Assembly (NCBI GenBank): GCA_964638575.1
Contig: CAZWYN010000003.1
Coordinates: 1-44,654, forward strand
Source of the DNA: an uncultured Pseudomonadales bacterium
GTDB lineage: Bacteria > Patescibacteriota > Microgenomatia > UBA1400 > MFAQ01
Reading direction: 5' to 3'
Length of the DNA: 44,654 nt
Positions 36,241-44,654 of the stretch are shown here, in pieces; position 1 is the first letter of the stretch, and the number at the start of each line of letters is the position of its first letter. Both the position numbers and the translations under genes were made by a program. The notes under the pieces are model-generated. The model did no database searches. It was not told where the DNA came from and was given only the letters and a program-made list of their open reading frames with translations.

Positions 36241-36327
36241 TTGACACAATTTGTAATATATGCTACAAACAGTTAGCTCTACAATGCAGGTTGTAAGCTA
36301 GAGACCCCCGCAAGGAGGTCTCTTTTT
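36241..36327 (+). ncRNA. Candidate sRNA 1
   Basis: TTGACA 36241, TGcTACAAA at 17 bp; hairpin 36274-36300; GCAA-loop terminator 36300-36327. Confidence 0.45.
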
Positions 36328-36346
36328 ATATACCCAAACTACCCCC

Positions 36347-36457
36347 TTGACAAACTTTGTATTATATATTACAGTTATAAATAGCTTGATGAGCAATCAT
36401 CAAGTCAGAAAGTTACGCAAGTGATTTTCGCAAGGAGCCTCCGCAAGGAGGTTCTTT
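36347..36457 (+). ncRNA. Candidate sRNA 2 with three GCAA-tetraloop hairpins
   Basis: TTGACA(36347)-17-TACAGT; hairpins at 36384-36405, 36408-36429, 36434-36455. Confidence 0.55.
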
Positions 36458-36458
36458 G

Positions 36459-36938
36459 TTATTCCAAAGGCGCTACTTTTATCTTGTACTTGATATTTTT
36501 TACTTCCTCCAAATCCACGTCACTTGTCAGCTGTCTTGCCAAATCGCTCTCATCTACATACCACAAAAACGTTCTTATTGCTTTTTCATCAAGCTTCCCG
36601 CCGGAAAAACAGCCTGCCATCCACATCCACCAGACTCTCTCGGAGTCGGTAACTATATTTGATAGGTAAACATTGTCCAGCTTCATTTCATAACTAATAC
36701 TTGTCGACTTAGGATCTCTCATAAAAGCAACGAACAGTGCCTTCTCGACTACCGTCCTTTGATTCCAATCAATTTCATCACCGCTAAAAGCTTCATCAAC
36801 ATCCATAAATTTAACCTCCGGAAAAGCTTCTTTCCAACTTTCTATGTCCCCCAGTGCCCCCTCGTCATTTGCCCTGATAACGATCTCTATTTTTTCCGAA
36901 TTAAAATCAACTGGTGCTGGCCTTATTTTTTCGTTCAT
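36459..36938 (-). CDS. Hypothetical protein
   Basis: 159-aa ORF, SD GAGGT, fills gap. Confidence 0.65.
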   Translation of the reverse strand: MNEKIRPAPVDFNSEKIEIVIRANDEGALGDIESWKEAFPEVKFMDVDEAFSGDEIDWNQRTVVEKALFVAFMRDPKSTSISYEMKLDNVYLSNIVTDSERVWWMWMAGCFSGGKLDEKAIRTFLWYVDESDLARQLTSDVDLEEVKNIKYKIKVAPLE

Positions 36939-36960
36939 ACCTCGATTCTACTACATCTAC

Positions 36961-37004
36961 TTGACAGTTCATACATAAAAAGATATATTCGAATAATCGA
37001 ATAT
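36961..37004 (+). promoter_or_regulatory. sigma70 promoter with inverted-repeat operator
   Basis: TTGACA(36961)-17-TATATT; ATATTCGA-ATAA-TCGAATAT at 36985-37004. Confidence 0.7.
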
Positions 37005-37473
37005 GTATAAACACATTTTTAAACTCCACACCGACTTTCTAAAGAGTCTCGCCCACCCCAAGCGCCTGGAGATAATTCATCTTCTCCGAGATCAGTCCCT
37101 TTCCGTTTCTGATATTCAAAACATGCTTGATTTACCCCAAGCTAACCTCAGTCAGCATCTCCAGATTCTCCGCGAACACAGCGTCGTCAGTTTTAAGAAA
37201 AAAGGCAAACAAATTAATTACCGTATCACCGATCCCAAAATTATTATCGCCTGTGATCTCCTTCGGGAAGTTTTGGTAAAGCAACATACCAACACCAAAA
37301 TAAAAAAAGAGCTCACTTCCCACCTTACCGACATCATTCCTACTTTCATCGACCCTGTTTGTGGTATGAAGCTGTCAAAAAAAACCGCCGCTTTCTCTCT
37401 ATCATCCAAAGGCACCGCCTACTATTTTTGCGCCTCCGGTTGCTACCACAAATTCAAAAGAGCTGTAAACTAA
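37003..37473 (+). CDS. ArsR/SmtB regulator with C-terminal YHS domain
   Basis: LKSLAHPKRLEI..NLSQHL HTH; DPVCGM...YYFCASGC. Confidence 0.9.
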   Translation: MYKHIFKLHTDFLKSLAHPKRLEIIHLLRDQSLSVSDIQNMLDLPQANLSQHLQILREHSVVSFKKKGKQINYRITDPKIIIACDLLREVLVKQHTNTKIKKELTSHLTDIIPTFIDPVCGMKLSKKTAAFSLSSKGTAYYFCASGCYHKFKRAVN

Positions 37474-37503
37474 GTTAGTATTTGTTAAACAAAAGCACGA
37501 TAT

Positions 37504-39750
37504 ATGAATATAAAAACAACTCTTCCCGTCAATGGCATGGACTGTGCCTCTTGTTCAAACATTGTCAATCGGGCCATCATCAAAACCCCGGGGGTAATAA
37601 AAAGTAATGTCAGTATCGCTACTAATAAAGCCAACATCGAGTTCGATTCGAATAAAACTTCTCTCGAGACAATCAACAAAAACGTCAAGGAATTTGGTTA
37701 CAGTCTAGAAGTTCCATCTAGTGGCGATACGAAGAGTGAAATGGAAAACCACATGCACCACTCCGACGCCCAGCACACTGCTATGCTCAAAAACCAAGTT
37801 AAATTCCTCTTTCCTGTCTCTCTCATTGTATTTATCCTTATGCTCTACGACGCCATCGGTCGGGTTTTTACCCAAATTCCTCCTCTCCCAATCCCAATGA
37901 CGGTTTTCAATTTTATTGGACTAATTCTCGCTTCCATTATTCTCATCTTCTTCGGGCGTGAATTTCTCGCCTCCATTCCCCGCTATATTAAAACCGGGGT
38001 CGCCAATATGGATTCTCTCATCGGTATCGGCTCGGTTACCGCTTATGTCTACTCTCTCTTTATCTTTTTCTTCCCTGCAGTTGCCGCCTCTCTCCAACTC
38101 CCGGAAACTACCTACTTTGATGTTGTCATCGTCGTTATCGGTTTTATCAAGTTTGGAAAATATCTTGAGGCCAACTCCAAACAAAAAACGGGTGAAGCCA
38201 TCAAGAAACTACTTCAGCTGGGAGCCAAAACTGCTCTTGTGGAACGAAAAGGTAAGGAAATGGAAATCGATATTTCTGAAGTTAAAGTTGGTGACATTGT
38301 CATTGTCAAACCAGGTGCCAAAGTTCCTGTTGACGGCAAAATTACCGAAGGTACTACCTCCATAGACGAGTCCATGATTACCGGTGAACCTATCCCTGTC
38401 GACCGCACCGTAGGTGAGTTGGTCGTCAGCGGTACGATAAACAAACAGGGCTACATCAAATTCAAAGCAGAAAAGGTTGGTGCCGATACTTTACTTGCCC
38501 AAATTATCAAAATGGTTGAAACTGCCCAAGGTTCCAAAGCTCCAATCGAAAAACTTGCCGATACCGTTTCCGCTTACTTTGTCCCTACAGTTCTCATTCT
38601 CGCTGTTTTGTCCTTCATTGTCTGGATTGCCTTTGGAAATCTGTCCTTGGCCATCTCCGCCTTTGTAGGTATTCTCGTTATTGCTTGTCCCTGTGCTCTC
38701 GGCCTCGCCACCCCAACAGCCATTATTGTCGGAGTCGGTAAGGGTGCCGAGAACGGTATTCTGGTCAAAGATGCCAGTGTTCTGGAAAAACTTCATGCCA
38801 TTGATACCGTTGTTTTCGACAAAACTGGCACCATCACTCTCGGTAAACCCCAAGTCACCGACATTATCACCAAGTCCGACATGAATAAACAGAAACTTCT
38901 TTCCATCCTTTATTCTTTGGAAAAAAAATCAGGCCACCCACTAGCCTCAGCCATTGTTGACTATGCCAAAAAACAAAACGTCTCTCCTCACACTATTCAG
39001 CACTTCAAAGAAATTCCGGGCAAGGGTGTCGCTGGGCAATTTGCCACCAAACATTACTTAGCGGGAAACCTCACTCTCCTCAAGGATCACAAGATAGATT
39101 TTGACATGGAAGAGATTAACGAATTCACCAAAAAGGGCATGACTCCGGTATTTTTATTCTCCGAAAAAAAACTTCTCGGTATAGTTCTCATCTCCGACAC
39201 TCTTAAGGCGGAATCCACCCAAGCCATCGCCGATTTGCACAACCTAGGCATCAAAACTGTCATGATCACAGGAGATGATCACGATACCGCCGCCTTCATT
39301 GCTGCTCAAGCTGGTATTGACAATATCTACGCCCAAGTGCTTCCCCCGCAAAAAGCTCGCATTGTTGAAAAACTCAAAGCCGAAGGCAAAAAAGTGGCTA
39401 TGGTTGGTGACGGCGTCAATGACTCACCGGCATTGGCCTCAGCCGATGTTGGCATCGCCATGAGCACCGGTACCGATGTCGCCATCGAGTCCGCCGGCAT
39501 TATCCTCCTTCATGGTGACATCGCCAAAGTTGCCAAGGCCATCAAGCTATCCAAAGCCACCATGAGTACTATCAAACAAAATCTTTTCTGGGCCTTCTTC
39601 TACAACATCATCGGCATCCCAATAGCCGCCGGTCTTCTCTACCCCCTCTTCGGCATAATCTTAAATCCCGCCATTGCCGGCGCCGCCATGGCTTTCTCCT
39701 CAGTTTCCGTCGTTACCAACTCCCTTAGATTAAAATCAGCTAAGATATAA
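37504..39750 (+). CDS. copA: Cu(+)-translocating P1B-type ATPase
   Basis: GMDCASC HMA domain, TGE, CPCALGLATP, DKTGT, HP, GDGVND, YN, MAFSS. Confidence 0.95.
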   Translation: MNIKTTLPVNGMDCASCSNIVNRAIIKTPGVIKSNVSIATNKANIEFDSNKTSLETINKNVKEFGYSLEVPSSGDTKSEMENHMHHSDAQHTAMLKNQVKFLFPVSLIVFILMLYDAIGRVFTQIPPLPIPMTVFNFIGLILASIILIFFGREFLASIPRYIKTGVANMDSLIGIGSVTAYVYSLFIFFFPAVAASLQLPETTYFDVVIVVIGFIKFGKYLEANSKQKTGEAIKKLLQLGAKTALVERKGKEMEIDISEVKVGDIVIVKPGAKVPVDGKITEGTTSIDESMITGEPIPVDRTVGELVVSGTINKQGYIKFKAEKVGADTLLAQIIKMVETAQGSKAPIEKLADTVSAYFVPTVLILAVLSFIVWIAFGNLSLAISAFVGILVIACPCALGLATPTAIIVGVGKGAENGILVKDASVLEKLHAIDTVVFDKTGTITLGKPQVTDIITKSDMNKQKLLSILYSLEKKSGHPLASAIVDYAKKQNVSPHTIQHFKEIPGKGVAGQFATKHYLAGNLTLLKDHKIDFDMEEINEFTKKGMTPVFLFSEKKLLGIVLISDTLKAESTQAIADLHNLGIKTVMITGDDHDTAAFIAAQAGIDNIYAQVLPPQKARIVEKLKAEGKKVAMVGDGVNDSPALASADVGIAMSTGTDVAIESAGIILLHGDIAKVAKAIKLSKATMSTIKQNLFWAFFYNIIGIPIAAGLLYPLFGIILNPAIAGAAMAFSSVSVVTNSLRLKSAKI

Positions 39751-39756
39751 TCTCCC

Positions 39757-40782
39757 ATGCAAAATACTAACTTACTATTCATCTTCCTCACCGGCCTAAC
39801 TACCGGCGGACTCACCTGTCTCGCTATCCAGGGGGGACTTCTTACCTCGGTAATCGCCAATCAGGAAAACAGTCTGGTTAAAACCAATAAAACTCTACCC
39901 ATCGTCTCCTTCCTCGCTGGTAAACTTTTAATTCACACTCTCTTAGGCTTCCTTCTTGGCGCCCTCGGCCAAACCTTGACACTTTCTCCCATTACCAGAG
40001 GTTGGATTCAGATCGCCATCGGTATTTATCTTTTAGGCATCGCTGGCAACCTTCTTAATCTCCACCCATTTTTCCGCTACTTTGTTATCAAACCCCCCAA
40101 ATTCCTGGTCCGCCTAGCCAAGAATGAATCTCAAAGTCAGTCTCTATTTGCCCCCTTTCTCCTGGGCCTATCAACCGTCTTTCTTCCTTGTGCCGTCACC
40201 CAAGCTACCGAAGTTATTGCCATCGGCACTGGCAACCCCCTATACGGTGCCGCCATTATGTTCGCCTTTATTTTAGGTACCTCACCCACTTTCCTGCTTT
40301 TTGGCTTCCTTCTTAACTCCGGCGCCAAAGCTTTCCAAAAGTATTTTCCTAAAATTGCCGCCGCTACCCTTATTGGTATGTCCATTTACTCCATAAACAA
40401 CGGTGTCGGTTTGACTGGTTCTGTTTACACCATCCAAAACTTCTACCTCGCCGCTGTCAATCCCTCGGTACTCTCAGCAAGTACCGATGATACCAATGCT
40501 CCGATTAAAGATGGTATCCAAAACATCTCCATCTCTGTCAATAATGGAGGCTACTCCCCTAACTCCCTTACTCTAAAAAAAGGCGTTCCTGTCCGTCTCA
40601 CCCTTAAGACTGTCAATGTTCAATCTTGCTCACGCTCTTTCACCATTCCTACACTCAACATTCAAAAACTTCTCCCGGAAAATGGGGAAACCGTCATTGA
40701 GTTCACTCCCAAAAAACTTGGTGCCCTTGTCTTTTCCTGCTCCATGGGTATGTACACCGGACGCTTCAACATTATCAATTAG
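39757..40782 (+). CDS. TauE/SafE (DsbD_2)-like membrane protein with C-terminal cupredoxin domain
   Basis: TCLAIQGGL, LPC, multi-TM; GYSP..KKGVPV..C..FSCSMGMY.G. Confidence 0.85.
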   Translation: MQNTNLLFIFLTGLTTGGLTCLAIQGGLLTSVIANQENSLVKTNKTLPIVSFLAGKLLIHTLLGFLLGALGQTLTLSPITRGWIQIAIGIYLLGIAGNLLNLHPFFRYFVIKPPKFLVRLAKNESQSQSLFAPFLLGLSTVFLPCAVTQATEVIAIGTGNPLYGAAIMFAFILGTSPTFLLFGFLLNSGAKAFQKYFPKIAAATLIGMSIYSINNGVGLTGSVYTIQNFYLAAVNPSVLSASTDDTNAPIKDGIQNISISVNNGGYSPNSLTLKKGVPVRLTLKTVNVQSCSRSFTIPTLNIQKLLPENGETVIEFTPKKLGALVFSCSMGMYTGRFNIIN

Positions 40783-40796
40783 TTAGTCTTAAAACC

Positions 40797-41042
40797 ATGT
40801 TCAACTTTTCTAAATCAAAAAAACAAAACGAGGATTTAAAAACCGTTACACTAAAACTTTCCGGTCTTCACTGCACTTCCTGTGCCACAAACATCGACCT
40901 CACTCTCGAGGATACACCGGGGATTTCCTCATCCGACACCAACTACCAAAAATCCGAGGCCAAAATTACCTTTGATCCAGTTAAAACCGACCTTGACTCC
41001 ATCAGGAAAATCATCACCGATCTCGGCTATCAATCAGAATAA
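40797..41042 (+). CDS. copZ: HMA-domain copper chaperone
   Basis: GLHCTSC, I..LGY. Confidence 0.85.
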   Translation: MFNFSKSKKQNEDLKTVTLKLSGLHCTSCATNIDLTLEDTPGISSSDTNYQKSEAKITFDPVKTDLDSIRKIITDLGYQSE

Positions 41043-41045
41043 AGA

Positions 41046-41198
41046 CTACTTGTCCTCGCCTTTGACGTCTTTTAGGTAGCTTTTGAACTCTTCCCAAACT
41101 TTCTTCCAGTCTCCACCCGCTGCCTCAATCTCTTTGAAGATGGTTTCTACATCCACGAGGATTTGATCCTCTTTTACAATCATTTTAGTTTTTGCCAT
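41046..41198 (-). CDS. 50-aa hypothetical protein (not in ORF track)
   Basis: MAKTKMIVKEDQILVDVETIFKEIEAAGGDWKKVWEEFKSYLKDVKGEDK; fills gap between copZ and rpsA terminator. Confidence 0.6.
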   Translation of the reverse strand: MAKTKMIVKEDQILVDVETIFKEIEAAGGDWKKVWEEFKSYLKDVKGEDK

Positions 41199-41229
41199 AT
41201 CTATTATTTTATACTTATTTATTAATACC

Positions 41230-41257
41230 AGAAGCGGGCACTTATGCCCGCTTCTTT
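41230..41257. terminator. Terminator hairpin downstream of rpsA
   Basis: AGAAGCGGGCA-CTTA-TGCCCGCTTCT. Confidence 0.7.
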
Positions 41258-41265
41258 CCTAAATA

Positions 41266-42396
41266 TTACTTGTATGCTACTGGAACCTCAGTCAGTACTA
41301 CTCCCAGAGACATTCTTCGAGCTTTGACGTCGATCATTTCCACAAAAGCTTCCACTTTATCGCCCATCGCAAACTCTTTGTCTGCCGGTTTCTTGGAAAT
41401 ATGAATCAAACCATCGACTCCTTTTTCAAAGTTGACGAAAATACCGTAAGGGGCAATACGTACAACCTTACCGGTGTGTTTGGTACCCACAGCATAATTC
41501 TTTTCTATTTCTTTCCATGGATCATCAGTCATCTGTTTGATGGATAGGTTAAGTTTTCCGGCTCCTTTATCGATTCCGATAACCTGAACCTTAACGTCTT
41601 TACCCACCTTAAACATTTCGTTCGGATCTTCCACTTTCTCCCATGAAATCTCAGAAATATGGATGAGACCTTCAACCCTTGCTGTCTCGCCTTCCTTCTC
41701 TTTATCCTTCATTGGAACATTGACGGTCACGAACACACCAAAAGGCATGATTCCGGACACGGTTCCCTCAAGTTTGTCACCCACGGTTACAAGTTCCAAA
41801 GCTTCACCCTTTTTGGCAAGAGATTCTGAGTCGGACACCATCTTCTCGGAGAAGATTAATCTGTTTTGATCCTTATCTACTTCAATCACCCGGACCTTAA
41901 AGGTCTTGTTTAGAAGTTCCTCCATATTGCCCAAAAACTTCTCCCCAAACTGTGATGTTGGTACAAATCCGCGAATCTCGCCCACCTTGACCACCATACC
42001 GCCTTTGTTAACCTCAACACCGGTAACTTCCACTTCTTTTTCTTCTTCCATCAGCTTCTTAAAGCGAGACCAGCGATTTTCATCGGCAGCCTGTTTAAGA
42101 GAGAGGATTATCTGTCCCTGATCGTTTTCTGGGAACTTAACGTAGGCTTCGGTTTTGTCGCCTACCTTAAGGTCGGCCAGCACATCGTAGGCCTCCACCA
42201 AGTCTTCACCGGTAACGACACCTTCCGTCTTGGCTCCGATATCTATAAGAACCATCTTTTTGCCAATCGAGGAAACCACACCTTCCACCTTTTGACCCTT
42301 TTTCAAGGCTCCGGGGAACGCACTGGCACCCTCCATTAGCTTGTCCATAACGGACATGGACTGTTTAGTAATAACTTCTGTTTGAGCTTTGCTCAT
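41266..42396 (-). CDS. rpsA: 30S ribosomal protein S1 (four S1 domains)
   Basis: DIGAKTEG, NKGG..RGFVP.SQ, FGVFV..EGLIHISEISW, LSIKQ..DPW; start re-assigned to ATG 42396. Confidence 0.92.
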   Translation of the reverse strand: MSKAQTEVITKQSMSVMDKLMEGASAFPGALKKGQKVEGVVSSIGKKMVLIDIGAKTEGVVTGEDLVEAYDVLADLKVGDKTEAYVKFPENDQGQIILSLKQAADENRWSRFKKLMEEEKEVEVTGVEVNKGGMVVKVGEIRGFVPTSQFGEKFLGNMEELLNKTFKVRVIEVDKDQNRLIFSEKMVSDSESLAKKGEALELVTVGDKLEGTVSGIMPFGVFVTVNVPMKDKEKEGETARVEGLIHISEISWEKVEDPNEMFKVGKDVKVQVIGIDKGAGKLNLSIKQMTDDPWKEIEKNYAVGTKHTGKVVRIAPYGIFVNFEKGVDGLIHISKKPADKEFAMGDKVEAFVEMIDVKARRMSLGVVLTEVPVAYK

Positions 42397-42533
42397 TTTA
42401 ATAAAAATTCCTTTCCTGTCTTTTCGACTCACATATTGTACCACAAAATGCCCTCTTCTAGGCTCGTTCCCTTGACTGTCGCCGATAATACTGATAACAT
42501 ACCCCAGAACTTTAAAACACCAAAGGAGGCACT

Positions 42534-43007
42534 ATGAAATACAAGATTGGAATTGATATTTTGATCTTTATTGTTGTTTTCATCCTCTACGTTGCCATCG
42601 GTATGATTGTCGATTTATGGAGCCTCAATACCTTTGATATTGGACCCCACGAAATCCGTTCCGTCTCCTATATGGACACGGTGACCATACCTGAGTCCAA
42701 CATCACTATCACCAGTCAAGACTATTTTGAAATTCAGAATCCTGTTTCCAAAGAAATCACTCTTCCTGAAGTTATTCCCCCATCCATCGGAGAAACCAAC
42801 TCTCATTTTGTCATTAAGAGTCCTCCTCCGGGGAAATATATCCTTCTGAAAGCCTCGGCCAATTTTTACTCGGAAACACCGACCAAAATCACTGTCCGTA
42901 GGGATATAGAAGAAGAAATCGCTTATTCCCTGTTGATTCTGATCACCACGATTCTTGCCTGGGGACTAGCCTTTCTCTTCATAGCTTTTATTTTCCTTGA
43001 CGTCTAA
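42534..43007 (+). CDS. Hypothetical membrane protein (N- and C-terminal TM)
   Basis: SD AAGGAGG; two hydrophobic helices. Confidence 0.7.
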   Translation: MKYKIGIDILIFIVVFILYVAIGMIVDLWSLNTFDIGPHEIRSVSYMDTVTIPESNITITSQDYFEIQNPVSKEITLPEVIPPSIGETNSHFVIKSPPPGKYILLKASANFYSETPTKITVRRDIEEEIAYSLLILITTILAWGLAFLFIAFIFLDV

Positions 43008-43016
43008 TCGGTTCTT

Positions 43017-43045
43017 GCCCGCCACCTCGGCGGGCTTTTTTATTT
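43017..43045 (+). terminator. Intrinsic terminator
   Basis: GCCCGCC-ACCTC-GGCGGGC followed by TTTTTT. Confidence 0.8.
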
Positions 43046-43046
43046 C

Positions 43047-43583
43047 CTAAATTCTCGCATAATCATCCCTCAGTCTCACAATATCTTCTTCATCTGATGG
43101 CATATTTGCGTTTACGCTCACCCAAATCTCAGCTACTAATCCCCAACCTTCTCCCCCAATCAGTCTGTGCCTTTCTCTCACTCCCAAACTTATATTTTCT
43201 CCTGACGTGAAGACTTGTGTTTCTACCGGCTCCTCATCCTTATTACTCCTTTTCACTTTTACCTCTCCGGCTACCACTCTCCATTCCTCAGACCTTCGGT
43301 TGTGATACTGCCAAGACAGTTTCTCACCCGGAGCCACCAACAAAAACTTAGGGCTCAAGTTAAATCTACTCTTCAAAAGCTTCCCTTTTATTTCCGGGAA
43401 AAAAATATCCACAAACATTTCAATCCTTTCATCATCAATTTTCCAGTATGCTCCCCAAGGTTTGTCGTCATTAATCTCCAAAGCCTCAAAACCCAGATTA
43501 TAAACCCATCTCTCCACCTCATTCACCACCTCCGACTTTGTCTCTTCAACTCCTAAACAAATCTCATCTCCTGTTTCTTTCAT
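43047..43583 (-). CDS. Cupin protein (type II mannose-6-phosphate isomerase C-terminal-like)
   Basis: KPWG, PG.KLSWQYH.RRSEEW, HRL, EIW, SDEEDIVRL.DDY. Confidence 0.85.
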   Translation of the reverse strand: MKETGDEICLGVEETKSEVVNEVERWVYNLGFEALEINDDKPWGAYWKIDDERIEMFVDIFFPEIKGKLLKSRFNLSPKFLLVAPGEKLSWQYHNRRSEEWRVVAGEVKVKRSNKDEEPVETQVFTSGENISLGVRERHRLIGGEGWGLVAEIWVSVNANMPSDEEDIVRLRDDYARI

Positions 43584-43601
43584 TTTCCAAATATATCATC
43601 T

Positions 43602-44057
43602 TTATGCCTCCACTAAAATAGGCGCTGAAAAATTTTTCTCCGCCACTTGTTTAAGAAACAGCTCCACTGTCTTATTCATATCAATCTTTCTTGGTAGTCC
43701 TTTTACTCTCCTAATGGGCTCCATTTCCCCATCAGGACCATACACTACCCCAAACCAGCTATCTCTCGGATTAAAATATCTGTCTTTGTACGGAGGCACA
43801 ATTAACCTAAAACTAATTACTCCGTCTTTAACTTCCTGTTGTAACACAAAAATTTGGTTATCTTCTTTATACAAAGCAATTTCAACTGAGCTATCATCTG
43901 CTCCCTCAAAACCCAAATCGGAAAATACAAAGAACTCCTTACCGTCCAGACTATCCAAACTCCACGAACCATTCCAGTTTTCCTCTACCCATCTCTCATC
44001 TGCAAATCCGTTCAGTAGTTCTTGAGTGACCCCATTGATTTCCAATTCTTTACTCAT
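43602..44057 (-). CDS. Hypothetical protein
   Basis: 151-aa ORF in apparent operon. Confidence 0.65.
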   Translation of the reverse strand: MSKELEINGVTQELLNGFADERWVEENWNGSWSLDSLDGKEFFVFSDLGFEGADDSSVEIALYKEDNQIFVLQQEVKDGVISFRLIVPPYKDRYFNPRDSWFGVVYGPDGEMEPIRRVKGLPRKIDMNKTVELFLKQVAEKNFSAPILVEA

Positions 44058-44059
44058 GG

Positions 44060-44554
44060 TTATATCCTAACACAGGCTTTAGACCACATCCCTAATTTTT
44101 CATTTTTTGCCTTCTCTTCAAGCTTTTTAAGCCTGTCAAAATATTCTTTACCGGGTCTAAGATCATCATGAACCTCACTCGCGTCATATGCTACTGCCGC
44201 TCCAGTCGCCACCAGTATTTCTTCCACACTCTCTCCATCCACATATACTCTCGCCAAAATTCTGCCATATCCATCGTAACCCTTTCGATCAAAAGTAATT
44301 TTCTTTGTCGTTAATTCTTGTTCCAAAATTTTTGTCGCCTCGTCAAAATAGCACTTACCCTGATCGGGAGAATCCACTCCCCACAATCTCACTTTCCACT
44401 CGCTTCCATCCCGAAAATTTGTTACCCAAAAAGTATCTCCGTCCACGATCCTTTTAAATACTAATTTTTCAAATCTCAGTCCTGCCAAAAAAACTTGAGC
44501 AAAAATCAGTCCTGCCAAAAATATTCCTATCATCAACCACCCTATTTTTTTCAT
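44060..44554 (-). CDS. Thermonuclease (SNase) family protein
   Basis: Signal/TM; VDGDT, VRLWGVDSP, DGYGRILA.VY, AK..KLGMW. Confidence 0.92.
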   Translation of the reverse strand: MKKIGWLMIGIFLAGLIFAQVFLAGLRFEKLVFKRIVDGDTFWVTNFRDGSEWKVRLWGVDSPDQGKCYFDEATKILEQELTTKKITFDRKGYDGYGRILARVYVDGESVEEILVATGAAVAYDASEVHDDLRPGKEYFDRLKKLEEKAKNEKLGMWSKACVRI

Positions 44555-44580
44555 CTGTTTTAATAATAACTCCTTAAGAT

Positions 44581-44616
44581 AACAAAAAACCCCACATTGC
44601 TGTGAGGTTTATTGTT
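44581..44616 (-). terminator. Terminator downstream of 5S rRNA
   Basis: AAACC-c-CACA/TGTG-a-GGTTT stem with A-run on plus (U-run on minus). Confidence 0.6.
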
Positions 44617-44617
44617 T

Positions 44618-44654
44618 GCCCGGCGATGATCTACTTTCGCAATCAGTTTCCCAA
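44618..44654 (-). rRNA. rrf: 5S rRNA, 3' end (truncated by window)
   Basis: GCCCGGCGATGATCTACTTTCGC resembles the reverse complement of the bacterial 5S 3' half (GCCTGGCGGCGTCCTACTCTCGC-type). Confidence 0.8.

Noticed and set aside
1-44654. Integrase, transposase, prophage or tRNA genes
   Set aside because: None recognised by eye; tRNAscan-SE and IS searches were not run.

Overview
Bacterial chromosome segment that looks like Patescibacteria/CPR (Microgenomates-like). This is inferred from the sortase, large Cys-rich surface proteins, many leaderless sigma70 promoters and a C/T-rich plus strand. The housekeeping backbone includes a GT2, an ABC-2 exporter, a murF-like ligase, ddl, DHH and NUDIX hydrolases, radA, a copper operon (ArsR-YHS, copA, TauE/cupredoxin, copZ), rpsA, a thermonuclease and the 3' end of a 5S rRNA. 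The main point of interest is an AT-richer ~10 kb island (8.2-18.1 kb). It encodes the 7-deazaguanine pathway (folE-queD-queE plus an enlarged, divergent queC-like gene) coupled to a carbamoyltransferase and a GT2. It also carries a PIG-L deacetylase, an APH-like kinase, a BpsA-like aminopropyltransferase, a SpeD-like decarboxylase and an N2-guanine-type methyltransferase. No TGT/DpdA or QueF is present in the window. The 5' leader of the folE operon is a tandem pair of ~47-nt H-type pseudoknot units with compensatory base changes, a candidate undescribed tandem riboswitch. A second candidate system (26.2-29.5 kb) is a RiPP-like operon: M3-like peptidase, unannotated 50-aa peptide and an Asn-synthetase/lasso-cyclase-like ligase. 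Several promoter-hairpin-terminator sRNA candidates were also found. All calls are by-eye motif recognition; no searches were run.
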